This document shows, piece by piece, positions 24,366 to 36,445 of a stretch of DNA of 60,000 bases (the stretch's first letter is position 1; every line of letters begins with the position of its first letter). Both the position numbers and the translations under genes were made by a program. Source of the stretch: Callorhinchus milii (lineage: Eukaryota); the NCBI RefSeq assembly GCF_018977255.1, contig NW_024704743.1:77626001-77686000 (forward strand), read 5' to 3'. The notes beneath the pieces were generated by a model. That model worked only from the letters and a program-made list of their open reading frames with translations, had not been told where the DNA came from and did no database searches.

Positions 24366-25084
24366 GTGAGTGAATAAAAGGAAAAGTCTCCCATTGTATT
24401 CTTCACGAGTCAACGTTTAGGCCTTTCCCAAACCAATTCAATTCAGATAATATTTCCAGGTTCAGAGCACATCCCTATGGAGTAACATGTATATGTGTTT
24501 TTTGTTAGGTTAAATTAGTTTGCTTTATAATCCAGCTCAGGTGTAATTCCATCACTCAACACTCAATAATCACGGCACCTCAGATGTTTCTCACGCTGCT
24601 TTAACAGCACTTTCACACCTACACACCACACTGTGCTCCTGAAATAAGACTCCTTCCAAATGAGAAACACTTGTGCCTTGCAGTCAGTTAATGATCTGCA
24701 CACAGGTACTGAAGAGAGAGAAATAACTCATACAGCTTTCTTCTTTTGCGAGCAAGTGTGCTATAACACTCAGCACACATTTCAGCTCAAAGACAACTGG
24801 TTATTACCTATATTCATAGCAAATGCTGGTCTATCAGTGCTTGTTTCTATGAATCCGGTGGAGTGGTTAGAATAGTTGAGTATTGGATAACAACTGCACT
24901 TTCATTGAAGAACAATGCAAACTACAACTAGACACAAAGGTTTGGGATGCTGAAAGTGAAGTGAACCATCCTGTATAAAAAGCAACTGGTAAACCAGAAC
25001 ACTGAGTTTGTGCTTGAATTGTTTATTTTTCACACTGAAGTTTGAAAGCTGTCTGTTAACGATACGATAATAACATCATCCTTA

Positions 25085-25464
25085 GTGGAAAGAGGCCAGT
25101 AAACGCTGGGGCTCTTCAGTCTTGAAAGAGGACGTCTCAGGGGAAGACCCTGTGGAGGTATATAAGATATTAAATGGGATTGACAAAGTAAGCCCAGAAC
25201 AATACTTTTGGATGCAATGAGACAACAGAACAAGAGGACGCTGGTTTAGGGTTGCAAAGGGCAATTTCAGGACACACACCAGGAAGTACTTCTTAACTCA
25301 GAGGGTTGACGCCTGAAGCAGGCGCCTGAAGAAATTGACGCCTGAAGCAGGTTGCCAGGAAAACATGAAGTTATAGCTTGATGCTATTAATGGAAGCTGT
25401 TGGGGTATTCTCGATCAAATAGATCAAAGGGCTTTCTTCATCCAAACATCTCTTGTGAGCTTGT

Positions 25465-25465
<1 letters not shown>
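25085..25465 (+). mobile_element. CR1 LINE ORF2 C-terminal fragment
   Basis: Encodes, with frameshifts, LGLFSLERGRLRG..VEVYKILNGIDKV...RTRG...FRTHTRKYFLTQRV. Confidence 0.85.
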
Positions 25466-25826
<361 letters not shown>

Positions 25827-26378
25827 CCTGTTTGCAGGTATTTCGCAAATAACAAGAATAGGATCAGTGCACTGCAATTGGGGTTTGCCCACCTCCTGGA
25901 GTTACTGAATGTTTCCCTTCACTTTCTGTCTTCCTTTTTTAATCTTAAGATCTACCTCTCCAACTGTGCCTATGTGCCTTTCTCCTCCCTTGCTCAACCT
26001 CCAACCATGCCACTGTGTAGCATTCCTAGATGGTATCCTGAGTAAAAAGTGCTGTATAAATGCAAGTTGTTGTTATTTTTGTTTGTTGCCTTTTTTAAAA
26101 AAATCCTTTTGTTTCTTTCTTCCTCAATTTTAATTTCACTCATTGTTTTTGGGACAATGCTGATACTGATTTGCTGCCCAGTTTTCCTGCCATAACATTA
26201 AAATAATAATCCTTGTGTTTGATGTGGCTCATATAACATCGAGTATATCTCAAATCACTTTAGATGAACCCAGCCCCCGATTTGTGCACAGGAATGTCCT
26301 ACAAACAGCTATGAAGTGAATTACCATTTTTATCTGGAAGAATTGTTAGTCAGGACACAAGGAGAAAATCCTTTGTGG

Positions 26379-26823
26379 ATCCTGTAGCTTAGTGGTTAGG
26401 GCACTCGCCTCGCAAAGCGAGGGACCTGGATTTGATTACAACAACAACAACAACAACAAGATTGCATTTATAGAGCGCTTTTCACGTCGGGAGGACGTCC
26501 CAAGGCCAAGGCGAAATGTTAGGCAAGTTTTCTTACTCCACACCCCTCTGCCTACCTAGCAGTAAATAGGATCCCGTTGTTAGTCGATTGGAGGATCGCT
26601 TTTCTGGGTAATAATCCCTTCAAAACATATATTTTTTTAAAAAAATCATAATTTGGGTCACTCAATCCATGACTACTTGTGGGACACTGCTGTGTGCAAT
26701 TGGCTGCTAATTTTCGCCCACAAAATATACAGTCAAATCACTTTACAATATATTCTGTGAAGTGCTTTGAGATGTCTCGAAGATGTGATAAGGTGCTGTA
26801 TCAAATGAAAGGATTATTATTAT
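26379..26823 (+). mobile_element. Long-form tRNA SINE with an antisense (TTG)n tail fragment inserted at ~26438-26505
   Basis: Head tcctgtagcttagtggttagg; extra middle segment cctagcagtaaataggatcccgttgttagtcgattggagg; tail at 26760-26823. Confidence 0.85.
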
Positions 26824-26825
26824 AT

Positions 26826-27470
26826 TCTCTTTTTGAATAGAGCCATGGGATCTTTCACATCCACCACGAAAGGCAGACAGGACTTCGATTTAGTCTCATC
26901 CAAGTCAGCACCTCAGACAATGCAGCGCTCTCTCATCACACCAGCTCTTGCCAGGCTCCACTGGCTTCTAATTACTGAATGGATCGATTTCAAAATCCTC
27001 ACACTCGTTTTCAAATCCTTCATGCCCTTGTACCTCCCTACCTATCCGATTTGCTTATCCCCAACTCCACCACCCGCTGCCTCCGCTCGGCTGACTCCAG
27101 CCTCCTGATTGTCCCTCGTCCCCTCCGCTCCATCATCAGTGGCCGTGCCTTCTGCCACTTCCCCCCAAAACTCTGAAACTTTCTCCCTCAATCCCTCCGC
27201 CTTGCCCCACTACCTTCCAACTTTCAAATTTTGACTGAAGACCTTCCTTCTTGACCGTGCTTATGATCACCTCTCCCTCCCTCTTCCCCTGGATCGTGGA
27301 CAGTTGTCAAGTACTCAGGGCCGCTACCCTGTGTGAAGGGCACTATATAAATGCAAGTTGTTGTTGTACTGGAATGTCAGCCTAGATTGTGACCTCAACA
27401 TTTCTCTGTGAGGCTTCAAGCCATAACTTTCTGACCCAGAGACGAGAGTGCTACCAATTGTGCCAGGCTG
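26826..27470 (-). mobile_element. Deu-domain SINE interrupted by an L2 3' fragment
   Basis: ttgaatagagccatgggatcttt...gacaatgcagc, then after the L2 tactggaatgtcagcctagatt...ttctgacccagagacgagagtgctacc. Confidence 0.7.
26930..27367 (+). mobile_element. L2 3' fragment
   Basis: ITPALARLHWLLITEWIDFKILTLVFKS; tail ataaatgcaagttgttgttg. Confidence 0.88.
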
Positions 27471-29227
27471 TCACCTGTTCATCGATCCTCTCAGTCACAA
27501 GTGTGCACAGAATCATCACCACACGAGCTGTAGGAATTCTGCACCATCACTCATCCTTGTCCTTTCTCTCGGTTTCCATGCAAAACAATTCAGTAAAATA
27601 TTCACAAAAATAAAAAGACTGACATTCATTCAGTTGCTGAAGTGTCGAGTTAGTGGAGTGAGAGATTAATATTCAGGTATAGGTTTCCAGCAGTGTTATT
27701 TAATACTCCTTCCATGTACAGCAGTGTAAGAAATCCCATTAAGCAGTCACATAACTATATCATGTGGGTGATGTGCAACAGGGAACCAGTTAGATGATTG
27801 TTCACTTTTATAGTCTTATTTCCAATCAACCCCCTGATCAGTTTGGAACCTGATACACAGCAGTTGTTTACAGTCTGACTCTCTGCAGATTACACCTGGT
27901 GAGACAGCAAAGTGCTGTATGTTTATCTGGGGAAATAATTTGAGATGTCTGAGTATAGCTGGTCACATGGCTGACAACAGACTCTTGTGCTTAAATAGAC
28001 TTGCAAACCCGCAGTGGATAATGACACTGCATCACAAATCAATGGTACTAATTGTCAGCCGCATTACCTATAATATACACAGTAACTACACATACAATAA
28101 TAACCTTTGCCTTTATCATGTTGTTTAGACATCTCAAAATACTTCACAGGATTTTATGATGAAGTGTGATGACTGTGTACTTGTACACAAACTTCACAGT
28201 ATATCATCTAACTGGTTCCCTGCTGGACATCACCCACGTGATATAGTTATGTGCTCTATGAAGTGTTTTGTGATGTGACAGACATGAAAGGTACTTTATG
28301 AAATGCAAGGATTATTATTACTGTGCGAAAGACCATTGTGACTGCCCAGACTCAGTTCAATTAGGTTATTCATAAAGAGAGGACTTTCTTCCTATCAATC
28401 TGGATTGAAATCCAGGACATGGAGGTGAATAGAGAGTATTAGAACCCAATTAATACCAACCAATAGGAATATTTTCAGTTGAACATTTGGTGACCTAGAA
28501 GTACATTTGGCAAGGTCTCGTCATGAATAAGGTCTTGAGAGTCACCATCACTCACTGCTCCATTACAATTGTAGTTCATTTAATTAAATTATAGGGCTTT
28601 ACTGGCATCAGCATGGGTTACGTGCTGTATCATTTCATCAATGACAGGCTGGTAGAGAATGCACTGCACAACATGTGGGCTCTCTATGTCATGTGTCCAT
28701 TTACCGCAGGGGTCTCCATCCACTCGCTAGGTGGTATTGTTGAACATGATTATAAAGACATGAGGAAGGAGCGATAGAACTGCGTAAATATTTAGCCCAT
28801 TTGAAAACAAAACCAGATGCACAAAGTATTGGAAATAAAAATATAAACTTGAATGTTTAAACTGTGGTAAATATCGCTCCTTTTTGTTTTTATTGGATAT
28901 TAGTTGTACCTGTTGCAACTACCCTTGCAACGAAAGGATCCAATATGGAATGTAGAGTGACACACAGACAAATATTGTCTTTGAAAGATTTAATTTACGC
29001 TTAAGCATCTTTATAATGATTAATATAAATGTATAATTTATAATCACTGGGACATCCTCCCGACGTGGCGAGGGAGAAGGCGAGGTAAAGGGACTCCACG
29101 AATGGAGTTACAGAGGGTGTAAGCAAAAAGGCTGAAGTTCCCACTGCTGATGGTGAGGAGTCCAGTGGGCAGGGAGTTAGCATTGTTAAGGTTCGCATTG
29201 GATGTGATGAAAGCATGGATAAGGGTC

Positions 29228-29902
29228 TTGGATAAAGGGTTACCTTATGAGGACAAGTTGCATAAACTTGGCCTGTATTCCCTTGAGTTTAGAAGGTTGA
29301 GGGGTGATCTAATTGAGGTTTTTAAAACAATAAATGGTTTCGCTAGGATAGATACAGAGAAACTATTTCCTTTGGTAGGGGAATCCAGAACAATTGGGGC
29401 GCAATCTTAAAATTAAAGCTAGGCCATTTAGAAGTGAATTCAGAAGGCAGTTTTTCATCCAAAGAGTAGATATACTATTAATATTAGTTTTGACGAAGGG
29501 TCGTTGACCCGAAACCTTGACTCACTTTTCTTTCTCCATAGATGCTGCCTGACATGCTGATTGTTCCCAAAAACTTTCGTTTTTGTTTCAGATTTCCAGC
29601 ATTGCAGTATTTGGGGTTTTGACTAATATTAACAATACTTTCATTTGATATAGTGGCTTATCAGGTCTTTGAGACGTTTCAATGTGCTTGCCTGGAATCG
29701 GGAACTCTCTCGCCCAAAAGGCTGTGGATGCTGGATCCATTAAAATTTTCAAGACTGAGGTGGATAGATACTTGTTAGGTCAGGGTATTAAAGGATATGG
29801 GACAATGGCAAATAATTGGAGATGAGCTACAGATCAGCCATGATCTTATAGAAAGGTGGAATAGGCTCGAGGGGCTGAACAGCCTTCTCCCATTCCTATG
29901 TT
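29228..29902 (+). mobile_element. CR1 LINE 3' fragment (shark HER1-like tail), interrupted at ~29474-29690
   Basis: GLPYEDKLHKLGLYSLEFRRLRGDLIEVFKTING; 3' end gatcagccatgatctta...aggctcgaggggctgaacagcc...ttcctatgtt. Confidence 0.9.
29486..29622 (+). mobile_element. Penelope-like element fragment with a mutated hammerhead core (29486-29523), inserted in a CR1
   Basis: agtt-TTGACGA-A-GGGTC-gtt-GACCC-GAAA-CC-TT-gact; downstream sequence homologous to 13630-13700. Confidence 0.75.
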
Positions 29903-31774
29903 GCGCAGCCCAAGACAAGAGGTAGTGGTGGAGGCTGCCAATGTTGCAGAGGTGGGGTAAAGCTGAACTGGTCAAGGCACCAATGTGGCTGTACCTATTC
30001 ATTCAGTGGAGATCAAAAAAGATATCAATAACAGAACCTTGATTTTGATTGAATTGAACAAACCTGTTCAAGCAGCCATCTCCATTCAGCAACCATCCAC
30101 TGTTAACAACCATCCTGGAACAGGCTGGACAGCCCAAATCAAACCCTCACTCAGAGGCCACTCTTATTTAAAAGCCACTTTGGCCCAGTCCCCTGAGTGG
30201 CTGAAGTTTGACTATATATTCTAACCAGAAGATATCGGGTATATGTTGGTTCATAAAAAATATTTTCAAGAAGTATCTCAATGCTGACTAGTATTTCATT
30301 CAGTTCTGCACTTTACATTCAAGCAGAAAAGAGTGATGTGTTGAAGCTTGTGTGTCTGCCAAATAGATTGAGGATTACACTAAATGGGAAGGGCGTTGGT
30401 TGAAACATCTTCACATTTCTGATCTGATGAATGCTTCTTCATCAGTCACTGTTCACGAAGGGCATTCCTGTAACGCTTATTTCATGGCCACCTGCAGTAA
30501 TGTGATCTGTGGATATTTCGTAACTAATAGTGTGTGGGGGGGAGGGTTGGCAAGGCAGAGCTGGTGCTTTAAATTGGTCTGGTCTCTTATGTGATCTGTA
30601 TATAAAGTAAAATCTAGTGCTGTTGTGGCTGTTATAACAACCACTCATTTTTACAAATTCAGAGTCAAATAGTTAATTATTCTTCACAATTTTCCAGAAT
30701 TACCTTTACCTTTTGTCAGCTGTTCCTCTTTTAACCCAAAAGACACATTTGTAATCCTTTGTTCAAATTAAGTCTTTATGCTATTGATACAGTTTGCACA
30801 GTTTGTTCTCAGTGTTTTTGTTTCCTCATAAATTCGACATGGATTTTAAAATGTCTTGTGAGATCAAGAGATCAGTGGCTCATTCATTCCTTGGCTGTTA
30901 CTTTCTTTTTTTTGGGTGGGGGGGCATTCTTTATCAGTGTCCTAGACAACTATCCCCTAGATTAAAAAAAAAGTGATCATTCACTTCATGGCTGTTTGTG
31001 GGGTCATTGCTGGGCGGAAATAGGCTCCTGCATTTGCACACACACTAAATTGTCACTCTATTTTACAGTAAATCCTGTGAAACGTTTTGAGACATTCTCC
31101 TGAAGTGAAAGGCATATTGGAAATGCTAGGATTATTATCGTTATTATTACTAAGAATTACTATTACTTACCTCTATTCTCAATATAGAGCTTTTTAATCA
31201 AACCTTTTGCCTCCTTCTATCATTTATCTTCCAGGTAATGCCTGGTTCACCATTGTTGGGCTAGTAAAGTTTTTGTGAGTATTATAAAAGTATTATACTT
31301 TTTTTAGTGAAAAATATAGGTAAGGGTTTGGGTGCAGTAGTACAGACAATTCTATCTGTTTCTGTTTTGTCATTTGAACCACATTTCGCATATAAATTGT
31401 ACCGTGGGGTGCAATTTGGACATTAATCCATTGTAGTGAAACCCTTAACCTATTTAGAGAAATGAAATAGATTAGAAATGGTCTTTTCTACTATATTTTC
31501 CTTCTTAGTTTGTTCTCCCCTGTAGATGACCAGTTTTTATCTTCAGCTAGGAAGGTGGAACGTGGGGGCCTAACAATAGCTGGTTGGCCATAGGGTCAGA
31601 ATACTTCTGCCTGCCAATGACCCAGTGTGTCGTGGTCCCTCTCATGGCTCTTCTGCTGAGAACTGCTGAATGTCCTCAGATCAGAACACAAGATTCAATG
31701 TCAATCAAAGCTGGAATTCTAACTCAGTGCTCTTCAGTTGAATTTCACTTCCATTCAATTTCACTTCTACAAAT

Positions 31775-32025
31775 AACAAACAGCAACTTGCCCTTATGAA
31801 GTTCCTTCCCTTCATGTAGAGTAACATCTCAGAGCCCTTTACAGTGACAGTGCTGAATGTCAAGCAAGGAGGATAGGCAGTGCAGAGGAGGGAGGTGATC
31901 ATTGGCTTTGGTCGAAAAAGTAGGTTTTTAGGTGGCTTTTGAAGACAGATAGAAAAGAGGAGAGATGGAGAGGTTGGGGAAGGGAATTCTAGAAGGTTGG
32001 GGCATAATGGCTTAGCCTCCAATGC
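31775..32025 (-). mobile_element. L2 3' fragment
   Basis: cagcaacttgc tail and antisense L2 3' region. Confidence 0.65.
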
Positions 32026-32318
32026 CAGGGCAGAGGATGACTTGTCAATTTTGCGTACCTTTCAGACCCCGGAGATAGGAACAAATGATAGCAGAAATTA
32101 TGAAGTGATAATCATTTTATATTTTTATTTTTTATTTATTTTTATATTTTAGTGCATTTAATTAACCAACTGGACTTTTATTTGTGGTACAATCAAAACA
32201 ATATTGAACTGCAAGATATATCAAAATAAACATCATTTTCTGAAGATGTGCCACACTAGTGAGGATTATCCTTAATGAGGTTTGCTTCCATTGTGGAATC
32301 ACTGCACTTTCCAGAATA

Positions 32319-32640
32319 TCCTGTAGTCCTGCAGCTCAGTGGTTAATGCACTCAATGGCTGATCGCAAGGGAGAGACTTGAGTTCGATTCCTGGCAGAGC
32401 GAAAACTTGGGCAAGTTTCCTTACTTCACACACCTGATAATAATTCATCAAGAAAATAAAGAAAAAAAAACACAATAATAATTTGGTCACTCAATCCACG
32501 ACTGTTTGTGAGACACTGCTGTTTGCAATTGGCTGCAGTGTTTCACCCACAAATATATAGTCAATTCATTTTACAGTATATTCTGTGAAGCACTTTGGGA
32601 TATCTCAAAGACGTGAAAAGTGCGATATCAAGTAAAAGGA

Positions 32641-32672
<32 letters not shown>
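32319..32672 (+). mobile_element. tRNA SINE, full length, more diverged
   Basis: tcctgcagctcagtggtt...gagttcgattcctgg head; tail and (TTA)n; a second tail fragment follows to ~32740. Confidence 0.85.
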
Positions 32673-32673
<1 letters not shown>

Positions 32674-35600
32674 TGCCCAGTGCTTTAAATTGTACTTCTG
32701 ACATGAAAGATGCATCCCAAATGCAAGGATGTATTATTATTTTAAGACAAACTGTCTTGGAGGCTAAACCTAGGTGTAATTTCGGGTTTTCTGTCATAAG
32801 TGGCGAGAAATTAGAGGATTTTAAAAAATGCTTATTCTATTGTTTTTTGCTACATAAACCCCAAACGGTTAATCCTTACCTCCACTAATCCTCATTTGTG
32901 GCATTTTTACTTTTCCAGGTTGAAGCAGTGAATTATCTCATCAGATTGAAATCAAAGTGAAATGTTTATTTTGTGGAGAAAGTACATAACAAAAACATCT
33001 GAAAGGAGGAAACATGTAACCCATAGATTCTCTGATGGGAACTGATATGCCTTGGTCGAGTACATATTAGGTTTTACTGCATTACTCATGTTTTGAGCAG
33101 CAAAAACAGGAAGTTATTATCAAAGGTTTGGTTCTGCAAACAAAGCGACAGATAAATTCAGTTTTCTACAAAATGAGCATCAGTTGGATGAATATTTGCT
33201 TTATTCACAATCATTTTAATTTGTATAGTTGTCCATATAAAGAAATATAATTCTTTCCAGGGGCCACCTGCCAAATCATGTTTCTATGGTAATTACTTGA
33301 TTTGCTCAAGTAAAGCCATATTTAAGTTTAGGGTCAGGCTGTTTGAAAATAGCAAAGTAGGTAAGGCAATCTAGTATGTCTTGCTTTGACTAGAGGCCGT
33401 TTCAGTAGCTTGTTTTTGGTCTGTGCCTAAAGTAGCGAAAGGCTGCCTTTAGGGATCTGCTCAGAACCAGGTTTTACAACTGAAAAAAATGGCAGAATTG
33501 AACAGAAAGTATTAGACTGCAATCCAAATGTTTAAGGTTGCATTGCGTCACAAAGAGATTTAACGGGACACTGATTTCATAAAAATAGGTATACCTCCCC
33601 CAACCACTTCAGATGTGGTCTGAAGTGGTTGGGGAGAGGTTTACACGTTTTTATGAAATCAGTTCATTTAGTCCATTCAGATTTCATTTTATGAAATCAG
33701 TTCACTCAGTTTGTTCATTCAGGCCCATTCCCCTGAACAGCTGGGTTTTAAAGAACATTCACAATGCATTGGGATCAGCCAGAAAACCATCATCATCTAA
33801 AGAGTATCCAAGCCAAACTGAGAGTATCATACATCCCACCTTCACATAGAAATTCCAGTATTTTGGAATGGAACATGGACTCTGGAGAGACACATCCTGC
33901 TTGTCTAATTCTGGAGCATATTGGGCACAAACTGACAAGACCCAAGCCTTGGGGACCCAAGATTCACTACTGGCACAAGAAGGCAAACTGCATTAATGAA
34001 ATTCATCACTTGATACACACAAAGGCAACAATGAATAATATGCATGAGCCAGTATTTCTGAGTTCCAGTTCTGAAGGTACATTTATTGAACCACAAAATT
34101 AAAACAATAGTTGTTGTCCACACTACCTATTGTTAACCAGCAATTTCTGCTGGAAGCTCCATTGATCGGGATGCAATCTGCTTTACCTATTTTGTTTGCT
34201 CAGCTATGTTTTAAAGTCTCACCTGTAGAAAAACACCACCGATAATGCAGCACTCCCCCAGCGCTACACTGGAGAGTCAGCTCAGACTATGAGCCAAAGC
34301 CCCGACGGGGCTTGAACTCACAAGCTTTTGACTCAAACTGAGTCAGACAAACACCTGGATCTGTGGTTTAGATCTTTAGTGATCTAATGCAATATTTCTC
34401 AATGATTCATTCAAAAAATTTGCCCACAAAAATATAGTCAATTTACTTTACAGTATATTCTCTGAATAATATGCTATATCAAATGCAAGGATTATTATCA
34501 TTTATTATTATATAAAAACTGTGATAAGCACTTTGGCCAGCACACACCAGTGGACATCAAGTTAGATTAATTGACTTAACAGCCTCATTTACTAGCTTTT
34601 ACGAAGAAACTGAGTCAGTTTGTGGTATCAGAAAGGTTGAGAACTATTGGTCTTGTGGGTGGACATTCAGGTTCCTGGAAGTTTAGATAGGACTTACTGT
34701 TTACTTTTATCTTCTTTACAGATCAATGCTGTGGATATAGCAAGTCCTGCATGATTTAATGGCTGGGCACTAGCCTTCTTCAACTTCATTCAGAACACAG
34801 TGTTTTCAGAACACATGAAGCTCTGTTTATATTAACAAGAAAAAACTCGGACACCCCCTCAATAAAAAAGCACTGAAGCTTGATTTTGATTAACTTGCAG
34901 TTGTTTTATTCTGTAGGCTGACCTAAAGAAGGAATTTTGGAATTAATGTTTGTTTTAACTGATAAAGCCAGTTACAATTTGCGTGCAGTTGCTTACCTAT
35001 CAGTGCCAGTTGCTTGAACAGACAAATGCTGCAGAACTGAGCTCAGTTGCCAGGAGTTGCTATTCACTTTCTCTGGGCGAGCAGGCAATGATTAATGTTA
35101 AGCCCACGGAGGCAGAGATAATATTTTCCAACCATTCTCACATCCAGTGCAAGATGCTCGCTCACCTACATTATTTCATTATTTTGGCACAAACTGAGAA
35201 GAGACCTGCAGAAAAGGCCAGCAACTGTCAGTGTGGAAAAAATTCATTCTTTTGCTTCTGACGATACACATTGTACAACAACAAATTATATTTGTATAGT
35301 GTCTTTCACAATGGGAGAATGTTCCAAGGCGTCATATAAAGTGAACACCCGTGCAAGCACTTATCTGAATTTACAGCTGCAATTGTTTAGTTACTAAAGA
35401 GTGTGTTCACAAACATGTTTTTTAAATGTTGCTGTTTCTATTCGCTAAATTGAAAGAAGTATTAAGGTGGGAAAGCAGAAAATGTGTTGAGTAATATGAT
35501 AATTATCCCATTGTATCACATGCTTAAACAACCACTTAGTTTTATTTTTAGCCCTCTGCTCCTGAAGTCAGAGGCTTACGAAGAGGTACAGTCCCTAAAG

Positions 35601-36295
35601 ATGTAGGTGGCCTACATGTCCCCCACCCTAACAGTATTGTTAGGCAAACGTTAAAGGTCAGCCCCATCATCAACAACTCCAATTTGCAATCATAGGATCT
35701 GGTGATTTTCAAGTATGGAATGTCCTGGAAGTGCTTTAGAGAGATGTGATACCGAGTTTGATAGCTGGCAGTGTAGGCAGGAGATGACCAAAAGAAATTG
35801 GTAGTCAAAAGAATGGGTGTTTTGAAAGCAGCACTTTTAGCTAAGAGGACAACCATATTCTTGTGTGATTGAATCTTCATTTAACAAAGCACACTAGTGA
35901 ATTTCTAACATGGTTGCTAGATAAAAATTAGGAGTAAGAAAACAAGGCTTATTCTCTGCCTTGCTAATCCATGCCAAAAGAAACCAACCACAGTCCATCT
36001 TTTGCTGTCGAATCTGAAATTGAAACTTGGCACAGGTTCGAGATCAAATCAGGGACCTGGCCTATCTATGTGGTTCAATGCATTTTTCTGTTAAACTTGA
36101 ATTGACTGCTTCATAAATATAGCAGCAATTACATAATTTTCCCTACAATCTTCATCCTGAAGTTTATATGATTAGAATTCAGTCATTAAAGTATGACAAA
36201 ATAAAACACATGCAGTTACATGATATGTTAAAGCTTGCCTATCTGTAACTAGAAATCACAGAAGAAGCAGTTAATAATAAGTCTTGCATTTGATA

Positions 36296-36445
36296 TAATA
36301 ATAATAATAATCCTTGCATTTGATATAGCGCTTTTCATGTCTTCTAGACGTCCCAAAGCGCTTCACAGAATATACTGTAAAGTGAATTGACTGTATATTT
36401 TGTGGATGAATTGCAGCAGCCAATTGCGCATAGTAGAGTCCCACA
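36296..36445 (-). mobile_element. 5'-truncated SINE tail
   Basis: ataataatccttgcatttgatatagcgc...cttcacagaatatactgtaaagtgaattgac. Confidence 0.85.

Noticed and set aside
31205..31280. Recursive-splice-like AG|GT sites (also 34219-34235 minus, 42820 plus)
   Set aside because: Found on both strands with no known host transcript; cannot be supported
33764..34102. 112-aa ORF in non-repeat sequence
   Set aside because: No recognisable motif or convincing splice context; length is within chance for 60 kb
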